From Escherichia coli (GTDB lineage: Bacteria; Pseudomonadota; Gammaproteobacteria; Enterobacterales; Enterobacteriaceae), in NCBI RefSeq assembly GCF_045278745.1, contig NZ_CP133811.1: 32,000 nt of DNA. One strand, written 5' to 3'. The notes below the pieces were generated by a model that ran no database searches, was not told where the DNA came from, and was given only the letters and a program-made list of their open reading frames with translations. Positions 1-13,430 of the stretch are shown piece after piece; position 1 is the stretch's first letter, and each line of letters begins with the position of its first letter. The position numbers were made by a program, and so were the translations under genes.

Positions 1-1
1 C

Positions 2-967
2 GCTCGCCTGCGTAATGCTCGCGAACAACTAGGACTTAGTCAGCAGGCCGTTGCCGAGCGACTTTGCCTGAAGGTTTCCACGGTACGCGACATTGAAGAA
101 GATAAGGCACCCGCCGATCTTGCTTCAACATTCCTGCGCGGATATATCCGCTCTTATGCGCGTCTGGTACATATTCCAGAAGAAGAACTGCTGCCAGGGC
201 TGGAAAAGCAGGCTCCACTACGGGCTGCAAAAGTTGCGCCTATGCAGAGTTTTTCCCTCGGTAAACGCCGCAAAAAACGTGACGGCTGGCTGATGACCTT
301 CACCTGGCTGGTGTTGTTTGTGGTTATCGGCCTGAGCGGTGCCTGGTGGTGGCAAGACCACAAAGCTCAGCAGGAAGAGATCACCACTATGGCCGATCAA
401 TCTTCGGCGGAACTGAGCAGTAATAGCGAGCAGGGGCAGAGTGTTCCGTTAAATACGTCGACAACTACAGACCCGGCTACAACGTCCACGCCGCCAGCGT
501 CTGTGGATACTACCGCAACCAACACGCAAACACCTGCCGTAACTGCGCCAGCACCAGCTGTTGATCCGCAACAGAATGCGGTTGTTTCGCCTTCGCAGGC
601 AAATGTTGATACCGCCGCGACCCCGGCACCAACGGCAACAACAACACCAGATGGCGCTGCGCCGTTGCCAACCGATCAGGCAGGCGTGACTACGCCGGCG
701 GCTGATCCGAATGCGCTGGTGATGAACTTTACTGCCGATTGCTGGCTGGAGGTTACTGATGCTACCGGTAAAAAATTGTTTAGCGGTATGCAGCGTAAAG
801 ACGGTAATTTGAACTTAACCGGCCAGGCACCATACAAACTGAAAATTGGTGCGCCAGCCGCAGTACAGATCCAGTATCAAGGGAAACCTGTCGATCTGAG
901 TCGTTTTATCAGAACTAACCAGGTTGCGCGTCTGACCCTCAATGCCGAACAATCACCGGCGCAGTAA
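2..967 (+). CDS. rodZ: Cytoskeleton protein RodZ, 5' truncated by window edge
   Basis: Frame open from base 2 ([33 protein letters not shown]..., HTH) through Pro/Thr-rich linker to the RodZ C-terminal domain ending NAEQSPAQ; located upstream of ispG as in E. coli. Confidence 0.95.
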   Translation, partial: ARLRNAREQLGLSQQAVAERLCLKVSTVRDIEEDKAPADLASTFLRGYIRSYARLVHIPEEELLPGLEKQAPLRAAKVAPMQSFSLGKRRKKRDGWLMTFTWLVLFVVIGLSGAWWWQDHKAQQEEITTMADQSSAELSSNSEQGQSVPLNTSTTTDPATTSTPPASVDTTATNTQTPAVTAPAPAVDPQQNAVVSPSQANVDTAATPAPTATTTPDGAAPLPTDQAGVTTPAADPNALVMNFTADCWLEVTDATGKKLFSGMQRKDGNLNLTGQAPYKLKIGAPAAVQIQYQGKPVDLSRFIRTNQVARLTLNAEQSPAQ

Positions 968-993
968 CAGACGGGTAACGCGGGAGATTTTTC

Positions 994-2112
994 ATGCATA
1001 ACCAGGCTCCAATTCAACGTAGAAAATCAACACGTATTTACGTTGGGAATGTGCCGATTGGCGATGGTGCTCCCATCGCCGTACAGTCCATGACCAATAC
1101 GCGTACGACAGACGTCGAAGCAACGGTCAATCAAATCAAGGCGCTGGAACGCGTTGGCGCTGATATCGTCCGTGTCTCCGTACCGACGATGGACGCGGCA
1201 GAAGCGTTCAAACTCATCAAACAGCAGGTTAACGTGCCGCTGGTGGCTGACATCCACTTCGACTATCGCATTGCACTGAAAGTAGCGGAATACGGCGTCG
1301 ATTGTCTGCGTATTAACCCTGGCAATATCGGTAATGAAGAGCGTATTCGCATGGTGGTTGACTGTGCGCGCGATAAAAACATTCCGATCCGTATTGGCGT
1401 TAACGCCGGATCGCTGGAAAAAGATCTGCAAGAAAAGTATGGCGAACCGACGCCGCAGGCGTTGCTGGAATCCGCCATGCGCCATGTTGATCATCTCGAT
1501 CGCCTGAACTTCGATCAGTTCAAAGTCAGCGTGAAAGCGTCTGACGTCTTCCTCGCTGTTGAGTCTTATCGTTTGCTGGCAAAACAAATCGATCAGCCGC
1601 TGCATCTGGGGATCACCGAAGCGGGTGGCGCGCGCAGCGGGGCAGTAAAATCCGCCATTGGTTTAGGTCTGCTGCTGTCTGAAGGCATCGGCGACACGCT
1701 GCGCGTATCACTGGCGGCCGATCCGGTCGAAGAGATCAAAGTCGGTTTCGATATTTTGAAATCGCTGCGTATCCGTTCGCGAGGTATCAACTTCATCGCC
1801 TGTCCGACCTGTTCGCGTCAGGAGTTTGATGTTATCGGTACGGTTAACGCGCTGGAGCAACGCCTGGAAGATATCATCACTCCGATGGACGTTTCGATTA
1901 TCGGCTGCGTGGTGAATGGCCCAGGTGAGGCGCTGGTTTCTACACTCGGCGTCACCGGCGGCAACAAGAAAAGCGGCCTCTATGAAGATGGCGTGCGCAA
2001 AGACCGTCTGGACAACAACGATATGATCGACCAGCTGGAAGCACGCATTCGTGCGAAAGCCAGTCAGCTGGACGAAGCGCGTCGAATTGACGTTCAGCAG
2101 GTCGAAAAATAA
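994..2112 (+). CDS. ispG: 4-hydroxy-3-methylbut-2-enyl diphosphate synthase (flavodoxin)
   Basis: 372 aa [28 protein letters not shown]... recognisable IspG/GcpE with CPTCSR and CVVNGPGE motifs. Confidence 0.98.
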
Positions 2113-2222
2113 TAACGTGATGGGAAGCGCCTCGCTTCCCGTGTATGATTGAACCCGCATGGCTCCCCAAACATTGAGGGAAGCGTTGAGGGTTCATTTT
2201 TATATTCAGAAAGAGAATAAAC
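2113..2222 (+). ncRNA. sroE: Probable SroE-type small RNA locus in ispG-hisS intergenic region
   Basis: Intergenic with hairpin GGGAAGC(2122-2128)/GCTTCCC(2134-2140) and outer TGAACCC...GGGTTCA pairing followed by T-rich stretch; a small RNA is known at this position in E. coli. Exact ends not determinable. Confidence 0.5.
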
Positions 2223-3497
2223 GTGGCAAAAAACATTCAAGCCATTCGCGGCATGAACGATTACCTGCCTGGTGAAACGGCCATCTGGCAGCGCATTGAA
2301 GGCACACTGAAAAACGTGCTCGGCAGCTACGGTTACAGTGAAATCCGCTTGCCGATTGTAGAGCAGACCCCGCTATTCAAACGTGCGATTGGTGAAGTCA
2401 CCGACGTGGTTGAAAAAGAGATGTACACCTTTGAGGATCGCAATGGCGACAGCCTGACTCTGCGCCCTGAAGGGACGGCGGGCTGTGTACGCGCCGGCAT
2501 CGAGCATGGTCTTCTGTACAATCAGGAACAGCGTCTGTGGTATATCGGGCCGATGTTCCGTCACGAGCGTCCGCAGAAAGGGCGTTATCGTCAGTTCCAT
2601 CAGTTGGGCTGCGAAGTTTTCGGTCTGCAAGGTCCGGATATCGACGCTGAACTGATTATGCTCACCGCCCGCTGGTGGCGCGCGCTGGGTATTTCCGAAC
2701 ACGTAACTCTTGAGCTGAATTCTATCGGTTCGCTGGAAGCACGCGCCAATTACCGCGATGCGCTGGTGGCATTCCTTGAGCAGCATAAAGAAAAGCTGGA
2801 CGAAGACTGCAAACGCCGCATGTACACTAACCCGCTGCGCGTGCTGGATTCAAAAAATCCGGAAGTGCAGGCGCTTCTCAACGACGCTCCGGCATTAGGT
2901 GATTATCTGGACGAGGAATCTCGTGAGCATTTTGCCGGTCTGTGCAAACTGCTTGAGAGCGCGGGGATCGCTTACACCGTAAACCAGCGTCTGGTGCGTG
3001 GTCTGGATTACTACAACCGTACCGTTTTCGAGTGGGTGACTAACAGTCTCGGCTCCCAGGGCACCGTGTGTGCAGGCGGTCGTTATGACGGTCTTGTGGA
3101 ACAACTGGGCGGTCGTGCAACACCGGCTGTCGGTTTTGCTATGGGCCTCGAACGTCTTGTATTGTTAGTACAGGCCGTTAATCCGGAATTTAAAGCCGAT
3201 CCTGTTGTCGATATATACCTGGTGGCTTCAGGTGCTGATACACAATCTGCGGCTATGGCATTAGCTGAGCGTCTGCGTGATGAATTACCGGGCGTGAAAT
3301 TGATGACCAACCACGGCGGCGGCAACTTTAAGAAACAGTTTGCCCGTGCTGATAAATGGGGTGCCCGCGTTGCTGTGGTGCTGGGTGAGTCTGAAGTGGC
3401 TAACGGCACAGCAGTAGTGAAGGATTTGCGCTCTGGTGAGCAAACGGCAGTTGCGCAGGATAGCGTAGCCGCGCATTTGCGCACGTTACTGGGTTAA
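2223..3497 (+). CDS. hisS: Histidyl-tRNA synthetase
   Basis: 424 aa, GTG start, [18 protein letters not shown]..., class II aaRS motifs. Confidence 0.98.
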
Positions 3498-3514
3498 GGA
3501 AGGAGAAGGACAGC

Positions 3515-4135
3515 GTGGAAATTTACGAGAACGAAAACGACCAGGTAGAAGCGGTTAAACGCTTTTTTGCTGAAAATGGCAAAGCACTGGCTGTTGGGGT
3601 GATTTTGGGCGTTGGCGCACTGATTGGCTGGCGCTACTGGAACAGCCATCAGGTTGATTCTGCACGCTCCGCTTCTCTTGCCTATCAAAATGCGGTTACC
3701 GCAGTGAGCGAAGGCAAACCGGATAGCATCCCGGCAGCGGAAAAATTTGCTGCTGAAAATAAAAATACTTATGGTGCGCTGGCTTCTTTGGAACTTGCGC
3801 AGCAATTTGTTGACAAAAATGAACTAGAGAAAGCTGCCGCCCAGTTACAACAGGGGCTGGCAGACACGAGCGATGAAAATCTCAAAGCCGTGATAAATCT
3901 GCGTCTTGCTCGCGTTCAGGTACAGCTCAAGCAGGCTGATGCCGCGCTGAAAACCCTTGATACCATCAAAGGTGAAGGGTGGGCTGCCATTGTTGCCGAC
4001 CTGCGTGGTGAAGCATTGCTGAGCAAAGGTGATAAGCAAGGTGCGCGTAGTGCATGGGAAGCAGGCGTGAAAAGCGATGTTACTCCGGCACTGAGCGAAA
4101 TGATGCAGATGAAAATTAATAATTTGTCCATCTGA
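3515..4135 (+). CDS. yfgM: Ancillary SecYEG translocon subunit / TPR membrane protein YfgM
   Basis: 206 aa ORF MEIYENENDQVEAVKRFFAENGKALAVGVILGVGALIGWRYW..., syntenic between hisS and bamB. Confidence 0.95.
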   Translation: MEIYENENDQVEAVKRFFAENGKALAVGVILGVGALIGWRYWNSHQVDSARSASLAYQNAVTAVSEGKPDSIPAAEKFAAENKNTYGALASLELAQQFVDKNELEKAAAQLQQGLADTSDENLKAVINLRLARVQVQLKQADAALKTLDTIKGEGWAAIVADLRGEALLSKGDKQGARSAWEAGVKSDVTPALSEMMQMKINNLSI

Positions 4136-4145
4136 GAGGGACCCG

Positions 4146-5324
4146 ATGCAATTGCGTAAATTACTGCTGCCAGGACTGCTTTCCGTTACCCTTTTAAGCG
4201 GCTGTTCGCTGTTTAACAGCGAAGAAGATGTGGTAAAGATGTCCCCATTGCCAACCGTTGAAAACCAGTTTACGCCGACCACGGCGTGGAGCACTTCCGT
4301 TGGTAGCGGCATTGGCAACTTCTATTCCAATCTTCATCCGGCACTGGCGGACAACGTTGTCTATGCAGCGGACCGCGCTGGTTTAGTAAAAGCGCTGAAT
4401 GCGGATGATGGCAAAGAAATCTGGTCTGTCAGCCTGGCCGAGAAAGATGGCTGGTTCTCTAAAGAGCCTGCATTACTTTCTGGCGGTGTGACCGTGTCTG
4501 GTGGACATGTCTACATTGGCAGCGAAAAGGCGCAGGTTTACGCGCTGAATACCAGCGATGGTACTGTGGCATGGCAAACTAAAGTCGCGGGTGAAGCACT
4601 TTCTCGCCCGGTGGTCAGCGACGGTCTGGTGTTAATCCACACCAGTAACGGTCAGTTACAAGCGCTGAACGAAGCTGACGGCGCTGTCAAATGGACAGTT
4701 AACCTCGATATGCCTTCGCTCTCTTTGCGTGGCGAGTCTGCGCCGGCAACGGCTTTTGGTGCGGCCGTCGTGGGGGGCGATAATGGTCGCGTCAGCGCAG
4801 TGCTGATGGAACAGGGCCAGATGATTTGGCAGCAGCGTATTTCCCAGGCGACCGGTTCTACCGAAATTGACCGTCTGAGCGATGTTGACACGACTCCCGT
4901 CGTTGTTAACGGCGTTGTTTTCGCGCTGGCCTATAATGGTAACCTGACGGCGCTTGATCTGCGCAGTGGTCAGATTATGTGGAAACGCGAACTGGGTTCG
5001 GTGAATGATTTCATCGTCGACGGCAATCGCATCTATCTGGTCGATCAAAATGACCGGGTGATGGCGTTGACCATTGATGGCGGCGTTACGCTGTGGACAC
5101 AAAGCGATCTGTTGCATCGCCTGCTGACTTCTCCGGTGCTGTATAATAGCAACCTGGTGGTAGGTGACAGTGAAGGTTATTTGCACTGGATTAACGTCGA
5201 AGATGGTCGTTTCGTTGCCCAGCAAAAAGTTGATAGTTCCGGTTTCCAGACTGAACCGGTTGCCGCTGACGGCAAACTGCTGATCCAGGCAAAAGACGGA
5301 ACCGTGTACTCTATTACACGTTAA
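4146..5324 (+). CDS. bamB: Outer membrane protein assembly factor BamB (lipoprotein, PQQ-like beta-propeller)
   Basis: 392 aa with lipobox LLSGC and repeated WxxxxG propeller motifs. Confidence 0.98.
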   Translation: MQLRKLLLPGLLSVTLLSGCSLFNSEEDVVKMSPLPTVENQFTPTTAWSTSVGSGIGNFYSNLHPALADNVVYAADRAGLVKALNADDGKEIWSVSLAEKDGWFSKEPALLSGGVTVSGGHVYIGSEKAQVYALNTSDGTVAWQTKVAGEALSRPVVSDGLVLIHTSNGQLQALNEADGAVKWTVNLDMPSLSLRGESAPATAFGAAVVGGDNGRVSAVLMEQGQMIWQQRISQATGSTEIDRLSDVDTTPVVVNGVVFALAYNGNLTALDLRSGQIMWKRELGSVNDFIVDGNRIYLVDQNDRVMALTIDGGVTLWTQSDLLHRLLTSPVLYNSNLVVGDSEGYLHWINVEDGRFVAQQKVDSSGFQTEPVAADGKLLIQAKDGTVYSITR

Positions 5325-5441
5325 TCGTCTCTGTCGTTCACTTTGAAAACGGCTCCTGGACAGGGGCCGTTTTCCTGTTTTTAACAACGACGCGAATATA
5401 GCGTGCGTTGTCTGATGATTTATAAAAATGAGGCTTTAAAC

Positions 5442-6914
5442 ATGGTACCTGTGGTCGCGCTTGTCGGGCGCCCTAACGTAGGAAAATCCACGTTATTTAA
5501 CCGTCTAACTCGCACCCGAGATGCGCTGGTTGCGGATTTCCCGGGTCTGACTCGTGACCGTAAGTACGGTCGTGCGGAAATTGAAGGCCGTGAGTTTATC
5601 TGTATTGATACCGGCGGGATTGATGGCACAGAAGACGGTGTAGAAACCCGCATGGCGGAACAGTCGCTGCTGGCGATTGAAGAAGCGGACGTCGTACTGT
5701 TTATGGTGGATGCGCGTGCGGGCCTGATGCCGGCAGATGAAGCGATTGCCAAACATCTGCGCTCCCGTGAAAAACCGACCTTCCTGGTGGCAAACAAAAC
5801 TGACGGTCTGGATCCCGATCAGGCAGTGGTTGATTTCTACTCGCTTGGTTTAGGTGAAATCTACCCGATCGCCGCGTCTCACGGTCGTGGCGTATTAAGT
5901 CTGCTGGAGCATGTGCTGCTGCCGTGGATGGAAGATCTCGCACCGCAAGAGGAAGTCGACGAAGACGCTGAATACTGGGCGCAATTTGAAGCGGAAGAGA
6001 ACGGCGAAGAAGAAGAGGAAGACGACTTCGACCCGCAAAGTCTGCCGATCAAACTGGCGATTGTGGGTCGTCCGAACGTAGGTAAGTCTACACTCACTAA
6101 CCGTATTCTTGGTGAAGAGCGCGTTGTTGTTTATGACATGCCTGGTACGACGCGTGACAGTATCTACATTCCAATGGAACGCGATGGACGTGAGTATGTG
6201 CTCATTGACACCGCTGGCGTACGTAAACGCGGTAAAATCACCGATGCTGTAGAGAAATTCTCCGTAATCAAAACGTTGCAGGCCATTGAAGATGCCAACG
6301 TGGTGATGTTAGTGATTGATGCGCGCGAAGGTATTTCCGATCAGGATCTCTCGCTGCTGGGCTTTATTCTCAATAGTGGGCGCTCACTTGTCATTGTGGT
6401 GAATAAGTGGGATGGCCTGAGTCAGGAAGTGAAAGAGCAGGTGAAAGAAACGCTGGACTTCCGTCTGGGCTTTATCGATTTTGCTCGTGTGCACTTTATC
6501 TCTGCCTTGCACGGCAGTGGTGTTGGTAACTTGTTTGAATCAGTACGTGAAGCGTATGACAGCTCCACCCGTCGTGTGGGGACCTCTATGCTGACGCGCA
6601 TCATGACGATGGCTGTTGAAGATCACCAACCGCCGCTTGTACGCGGTCGTCGTGTGAAGCTGAAATATGCCCACGCCGGTGGTTATAACCCGCCGATTGT
6701 GGTGATTCACGGTAATCAGGTGAAAGACCTGCCTGATTCCTACAAGCGTTACTTGATGAACTACTTCCGCAAATCGCTGGACGTAATGGGATCGCCGATT
6801 CGTATTCAGTTCAAAGAAGGGGAAAACCCGTATGCGAACAAGCGTAACACCCTGACGCCAACCCAGATGCGTAAACGTAAGCGTCTGATGAAGCACATCA
6901 AGAAAAATAAATAA
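5442..6914 (+). CDS. der: Ribosome-associated GTPase Der (EngA)
   Basis: Two G domains ([12 protein letters not shown] and [12 protein letters not shown]); the ATG at 5442 gives the canonical [16 protein letters not shown] start inside the longer 5403 ORF. Confidence 0.97.
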
Positions 6915-6982
6915 TTATCCGTAAGTATTTTATCTGCCATTCCCTCTATGAATGTAGAGGGGTGGCTACCGGAGGAATTCAT

Positions 6983-8595
<1,613 letters not shown>

Positions 8596-8726
8596 TTATT
8601 CAGTCGATAGTAACCCGCCCTCCGGGGATAGCAAGCATTTTTTGCAAAAAGGGGTAGATGCAATCGGTTACGCTCTGTATAATGCCGCGGCAATATTTAT
8701 TAACCACTCTGGTCGAGATATTGCCC

Positions 8727-10193
8727 ATGCTACGTATCGCTAAAGAAGCTCTGACGTTTGACGACGTTCTCCTCGTTCCTGCTCATTCTACCGTTCTGCC
8801 GAATACTGCTGACCTCAGCACCCAGCTGACGAAAACTATTCGTCTGAATATCCCTATGCTTTCCGCAGCAATGGATACCGTAACGGAAGCGCGCCTGGCT
8901 ATTGCTCTGGCTCAGGAAGGCGGTATCGGCTTTATCCACAAAAACATGTCCATTGAACGCCAGGCAGAAGAAGTTCGCCGTGTGAAAAAACACGAATCTG
9001 GTGTGGTGACTGATCCGCAGACTGTTCTGCCAACCACGACGCTGCGCGAAGTGAAAGAACTGACCGAGCGTAACGGTTTTGCGGGCTATCCGGTCGTTAC
9101 CGAAGAAAACGAACTGGTGGGTATTATCACCGGTCGTGACGTGCGTTTTGTTACCGACCTGAACCAGCCGGTTAGCGTTTACATGACGCCGAAAGAGCGT
9201 CTGGTCACCGTGCGTGAAGGTGAAGCCCGTGAAGTGGTGCTGGCAAAAATGCACGAAAAACGCGTTGAAAAAGCGCTGGTGGTTGATGACGAATTCCACC
9301 TGATCGGCATGATCACCGTGAAAGACTTCCAGAAAGCGGAACGTAAACCGAACGCCTGTAAAGACGAGCAAGGCCGTCTGCGTGTTGGTGCTGCAGTTGG
9401 CGCAGGTGCGGGTAACGAAGAGCGTGTTGACGCGCTGGTTGCCGCAGGCGTTGACGTTCTGCTGATCGACTCCTCCCACGGTCACTCAGAAGGCGTTTTG
9501 CAGCGTATCCGTGAAACCCGTGCTAAATATCCGGATCTGCAAATCATCGGCGGCAACGTGGCAACAGCTGCAGGTGCACGCGCTTTGGCAGAAGCTGGTT
9601 GCAGCGCGGTTAAAGTCGGTATCGGCCCTGGTTCTATCTGTACGACTCGTATCGTTACTGGCGTAGGTGTTCCGCAGATCACTGCCGTTGCTGACGCAGT
9701 TGAAGCGCTGGAAGGCACCGGTATTCCGGTTATCGCAGATGGTGGTATTCGCTTCTCCGGCGACATCGCCAAAGCTATCGCCGCTGGCGCAAGCGCGGTG
9801 ATGGTAGGTTCCATGCTGGCGGGTACTGAAGAATCTCCGGGTGAAATCGAACTCTACCAGGGCCGTTCTTACAAATCTTACCGTGGTATGGGTTCCCTGG
9901 GCGCGATGTCCAAAGGTTCCTCTGACCGTTATTTCCAGAGCGATAACGCTGCCGACAAACTGGTGCCGGAAGGTATCGAAGGTCGCGTAGCTTATAAAGG
10001 TCGCCTGAAAGAGATCATTCACCAGCAGATGGGCGGCCTGCGCTCCTGTATGGGTCTGACCGGCTGTGGTACTATCGACGAACTGCGTACTAAAGCGGAG
10101 TTTGTACGTATCAGCGGTGCGGGCATTCAGGAAAGCCACGTTCACGACGTGACCATTACTAAAGAGTCCCCGAACTACCGTCTGGGCTCCTGA
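8727..10193 (+). CDS. guaB: IMP dehydrogenase
   Basis: 488 aa from ATG 8727 ([25 protein letters not shown]...), [11 protein letters not shown] loop. Confidence 0.98.
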
Positions 10194-10261
10194 TTCTCTT
10201 CGCCCGACTTCATGTCGGGCGATTTATATTATCTGTTTCACTTGCCTCGGAATAAGCGTCA

Positions 10262-11839
10262 ATGACGGAAAACATTCATAAGCATCGCATCCTCATTCTG
10301 GACTTCGGTTCTCAGTACACTCAACTGGTTGCGCGCCGCGTGCGTGAGCTGGGTGTTTACTGCGAACTGTGGGCGTGGGATGTGACAGAAGCACAAATTC
10401 GTGACTTCAATCCAAGCGGCATTATTCTTTCCGGCGGCCCGGAAAGCACCACCGAAGAAAACAGCCCGCGTGCGCCGCAGTATGTCTTTGAAGCAGGCGT
10501 ACCGGTATTCGGCGTTTGCTATGGCATGCAGACCATGGCAATGCAGTTGGGCGGTCACGTTGAAGCCTCTAACGAACGTGAATTTGGCTACGCGCAGGTT
10601 GAAGTCGTAAACGACAGCGCACTGGTTCGCGGTATCGAAGATGCGCTGACCGCAGACGGTAAACCGCTGCTCGATGTCTGGATGAGCCACGGCGATAAAG
10701 TTACCGCTATCCCGTCCGACTTCGTCACCGTAGCCAGCACCGAAAGCTGCCCGTTTGCCATTATGGCTAACGAAGAAAAACGCTTCTATGGCGTACAGTT
10801 CCACCCGGAAGTGACTCACACCCGCCAGGGTATGCGCATGCTGGAGCGTTTTGTGCGTGATATCTGCCAGTGTGAAGCCCTGTGGACGCCAGCGAAAATT
10901 ATCGACGATGCTGTAGCTCGCATCCGCGAGCAGGTAGGCGACGATAAAGTCATCCTCGGCCTCTCTGGTGGTGTGGATTCCTCCGTAACCGCAATGCTGC
11001 TGCACCGCGCTATCGGTAAAAACCTGACTTGCGTATTCGTCGACAACGGCCTGCTGCGTCTCAACGAAGCAGAGCAGGTTCTGGATATGTTTGGCGATCA
11101 CTTTGGTCTTAACATTGTTCACGTACCGGCAGAAGATCGCTTCCTGTCAGCGCTGGCTGGCGAAAACGATCCGGAAGCAAAACGTAAAATCATCGGGCGC
11201 GTTTTCGTTGAAGTATTCGATGAAGAAGCGCTGAAACTGGAAGACGTGAAGTGGCTGGCGCAGGGCACCATCTACCCTGACGTTATCGAATCTGCGGCTT
11301 CTGCAACCGGTAAAGCACACGTCATCAAATCTCACCACAACGTGGGCGGCCTGCCGAAAGAGATGAAGATGGGCCTGGTTGAACCGCTGAAAGAGCTGTT
11401 CAAAGACGAAGTGCGTAAGATTGGTCTGGAGCTGGGCCTGCCGTACGACATGCTGTACCGTCACCCGTTCCCGGGACCAGGCCTTGGCGTTCGTGTGCTG
11501 GGTGAAGTGAAGAAAGAGTACTGTGACCTGCTGCGCCGTGCTGACGCCATCTTCATTGAAGAACTGCGTAAAGCGGACCTGTACGACAAAGTCAGCCAGG
11601 CGTTCACTGTGTTCCTGCCGGTACGTTCCGTTGGCGTAATGGGCGATGGTCGTAAGTATGACTGGGTTGTCTCTCTGCGTGCTGTCGAAACCATCGACTT
11701 TATGACCGCACACTGGGCGCATCTGCCGTACGATTTCCTCGGTCGCGTTTCCAACCGCATTATCAATGAAGTGAACGGTATTTCCCGCGTGGTGTATGAC
11801 ATCAGCGGCAAGCCGCCAGCTACCATTGAGTGGGAGTGA
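10262..11839 (+). CDS. guaA: GMP synthase (glutamine-hydrolysing); its 3' end is the integration site
   Basis: 525 aa, class I GATase and ATP-PPase (LSGGVDSS); stop codon TGA at 11837-11839 lies inside the GAGTGGGAGTGA repeat. Confidence 0.98.
   Translation: MTENIHKHRILILDFGSQYTQLVARRVRELGVYCELWAWDVTEAQIRDFNPSGIILSGGPESTTEENSPRAPQYVFEAGVPVFGVCYGMQTMAMQLGGHVEASNEREFGYAQVEVVNDSALVRGIEDALTADGKPLLDVWMSHGDKVTAIPSDFVTVASTESCPFAIMANEEKRFYGVQFHPEVTHTRQGMRMLERFVRDICQCEALWTPAKIIDDAVARIREQVGDDKVILGLSGGVDSSVTAMLLHRAIGKNLTCVFVDNGLLRLNEAEQVLDMFGDHFGLNIVHVPAEDRFLSALAGENDPEAKRKIIGRVFVEVFDEEALKLEDVKWLAQGTIYPDVIESAASATGKAHVIKSHHNVGGLPKEMKMGLVEPLKELFKDEVRKIGLELGLPYDMLYRHPFPGPGLGVRVLGEVKKEYCDLLRRADAIFIEELRKADLYDKVSQAFTVFLPVRSVGVMGDGRKYDWVVSLRAVETIDFMTAHWAHLPYDFLGRVSNRIINEVNGISRVVYDISGKPPATIEWE
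11828..11839 (+). repeat. attL-like core (guaA 3' end), copy 1
   Basis: GAGTGGGAGTGA, overlapping guaA stop; also part of GTGGGA-gtga-TCCCAC inverted repeat 11830-11845. Confidence 0.85.
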
Positions 11840-11887
11840 TCCCACGTCCGGCATAGACTGGCACCAAAGAGCATTAAAACACCCATA

Positions 11888-11912
11888 AGCCCGCATAATT
11901 GCGGGCTTTTTT
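11888..11912 (+). terminator. Rho-independent terminator just inside unit 1, downstream of guaA
   Basis: AGCCCGC-ataatt-GCGGGCT followed by TTTTTT. Confidence 0.85.
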
Positions 11913-12018
11913 CGTTCTTGGCGTAGCAATGTCTGGCAAATTTTCGCATCGCCAAGCACCCCGTTTCTATGGCATGGTAGATGGTACAATTTGAACCTGA
12001 TGCCATGTTCGGCACTCG

Positions 12019-12053
12019 ATACCATGCCGCCCCTGATGGGGTGTTCATGGTAT
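12019..12053. promoter_or_regulatory. Inverted repeat upstream of integrase (candidate integrase arm site/operator)
   Basis: ATACCATG (12019-12026) ... CATGGTAT (12046-12053) with nested CCCC-tgat-GGGG; further CATGGTA copies at 11973-11979 and 12115-12121. Confidence 0.45.
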
Positions 12054-12147
12054 TTAATTTAGGTAACACATTGTTCTTAAAGATGTTTTTTGAGAATTTG
12101 TGGGGCTTTTTGAGCATGGTATTTTTGAGAGGAAACCTAACCCGACC

Positions 12148-13356
12148 ATGCTGACCGATACCAAGCTGCGCAACCTCAAGCCAAAGGACAAGCTCTACAA
12201 AGTGAATGACCGTGACGGCCTCTACGTGGCCATCACGCCAGCGGGTTCGATTTCATTCCGCTACAACTACTCGATCCACGGTAGGCAGGAGACCATCACC
12301 TTCGGCCGCTACGGTGTCGGAGGGATCACGCTAGCGGAAGCTCGCGAACGGCTGGGCGAAGCCAAGAAGATGATCGCCGCAGGGAAATCTCCAGCCAAAG
12401 AGAAGGCGCGGGACAAAGCCCGCGTTAAGGACGCTGAAAACTTTGGTGCTTGGGGCGAAAAATGGCTACGCGGCTATCAAATGGCGGACGTTACCCGCGA
12501 TATGCGTCGAGCTACCTTCGAGCGCGAGCTTAAGCCGAAGTTCGGTAACCAGAAGCTGACAGAAATCACCCATGAGGATTTACGGGCGCTGACTGATGCG
12601 ATTGTGGAGCGCGGGGCACCGGCAACGGCCGTGCTTTGCCGCGAAATTGTGATGCAGGTCTTCCGTTGGGCTATAGAACGCGGCCAGAAGGTTGAGAACC
12701 CGGCCGATCTGGTGCGCCCGTCGACTATTGCAAAGTTTGAGCCGCGAGATCGAGCACTTACGCCCGATGAAATCGGCTTGATGTACCAGTACATGGAGCG
12801 CATTGGCACCACACCTTCGATCCGCGCGGCCGCCAAGTTGCTGTTGCTGACGATGGTACGCAAAAGCGAACTGACCAACGCAACGTGGAGCGAAATCAAT
12901 TTCACCGAAGCGCTCTGGACAATCCCCAAGGAGCGGATGAAGCGCCGCAATCCCCATCTGGTGTTCCTGTCGAGGCAGGCGCTCGACATTTTCATAGCTC
13001 TGAAAACCTTCGCGGGCGGCTCGGAGTACGTGCTGCCATCGCGCTATGACTCGGACTTGCCGATGAGCAGCGCCACGCTCAATCAGGTGCTCACGCTGAC
13101 CTATCGTCTGGCCCAGAAGGAAGGGCAGTCGCTTGGCAAGTTCGGACCGCACGACTTGCGGCGTACAGCCAGCACGCTGCTGCATGAGGCAGGCTATAAC
13201 ACTGACTGGATCGAGAAGTGCCTTGCGCACGAACAGAAGGGCGTTCGAGCCGTCTACAACAAGGCCGAGTACCGCGATCAGCGGCGGGCAATGCTACAGG
13301 ATTGGGCGGACATGATTGACGAGTGGACAATCAGGAAGCCCCGCCTCAAGGACTGA
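12148..13356 (+). CDS. int: Tyrosine site-specific recombinase/integrase (P4/GIsul2-type, DUF4102 N-terminus)
   Basis: MLTDTKLRNLKPKDKLYKVNDRDGLYVAITPAG... (DUF4102-like) and C-terminal catalytic signatures HDLRRTASTLLHEAG, CLAHEQKGVRAVYNKAEY. ATG 12148 with GAGGAAA upstream preferred over the GTG at 12100. Confidence 0.95.
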   Translation: MLTDTKLRNLKPKDKLYKVNDRDGLYVAITPAGSISFRYNYSIHGRQETITFGRYGVGGITLAEARERLGEAKKMIAAGKSPAKEKARDKARVKDAENFGAWGEKWLRGYQMADVTRDMRRATFERELKPKFGNQKLTEITHEDLRALTDAIVERGAPATAVLCREIVMQVFRWAIERGQKVENPADLVRPSTIAKFEPRDRALTPDEIGLMYQYMERIGTTPSIRAAAKLLLLTMVRKSELTNATWSEINFTEALWTIPKERMKRRNPHLVFLSRQALDIFIALKTFAGGSEYVLPSRYDSDLPMSSATLNQVLTLTYRLAQKEGQSLGKFGPHDLRRTASTLLHEAGYNTDWIEKCLAHEQKGVRAVYNKAEYRDQRRAMLQDWADMIDEWTIRKPRLKD

Positions 13357-13391
13357 TTCGGAGTCTTGAGACCTGCATTTTGTAGCGAAAT

Positions 13392-13415
13392 GCCCACTTC
13401 GGTGGGCTTTTTTTT
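13392..13415 (+). terminator. Terminator downstream of integrase
   Basis: GCCCAC-TTCG-GTGGGC followed by 8 T. Confidence 0.85.
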
Positions 13416-13430
13416 GTCCGTAAAACGTAT
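13392..13430 (+). repeat. 39-bp inverted repeat, left copy
   Basis: GCCCACTTCGGTGGGCTTTTTTTTGTCCGTAAAACGTAT; reverse complement with 2 mismatches at 19516-19554. Confidence 0.85.

Noticed and set aside
8730-10145. Minus-strand ORFs opposite guaB (251 and 219 aa)
   Set aside because: Antisense shadow ORFs without domain signals.
11828-11850. tRNA-associated integration
   Set aside because: The insertion is at the guaA stop codon; no tRNA gene is recognisable at the junctions.
10259-12117. Long minus-strand ORFs opposite guaA (287, 292, 218 aa)
   Set aside because: Antisense shadows of a high-GC-codon gene; no recognisable domains, while guaA is certain.
12100-12147. Upstream GTG extension of the integrase ORF (MGLFEHGIFERKPNPT)
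   Set aside because: ATG at 12148 has a better RBS and begins with the usual MLTDTKLRNLKP domain start; the extension covers a repeat motif instead.
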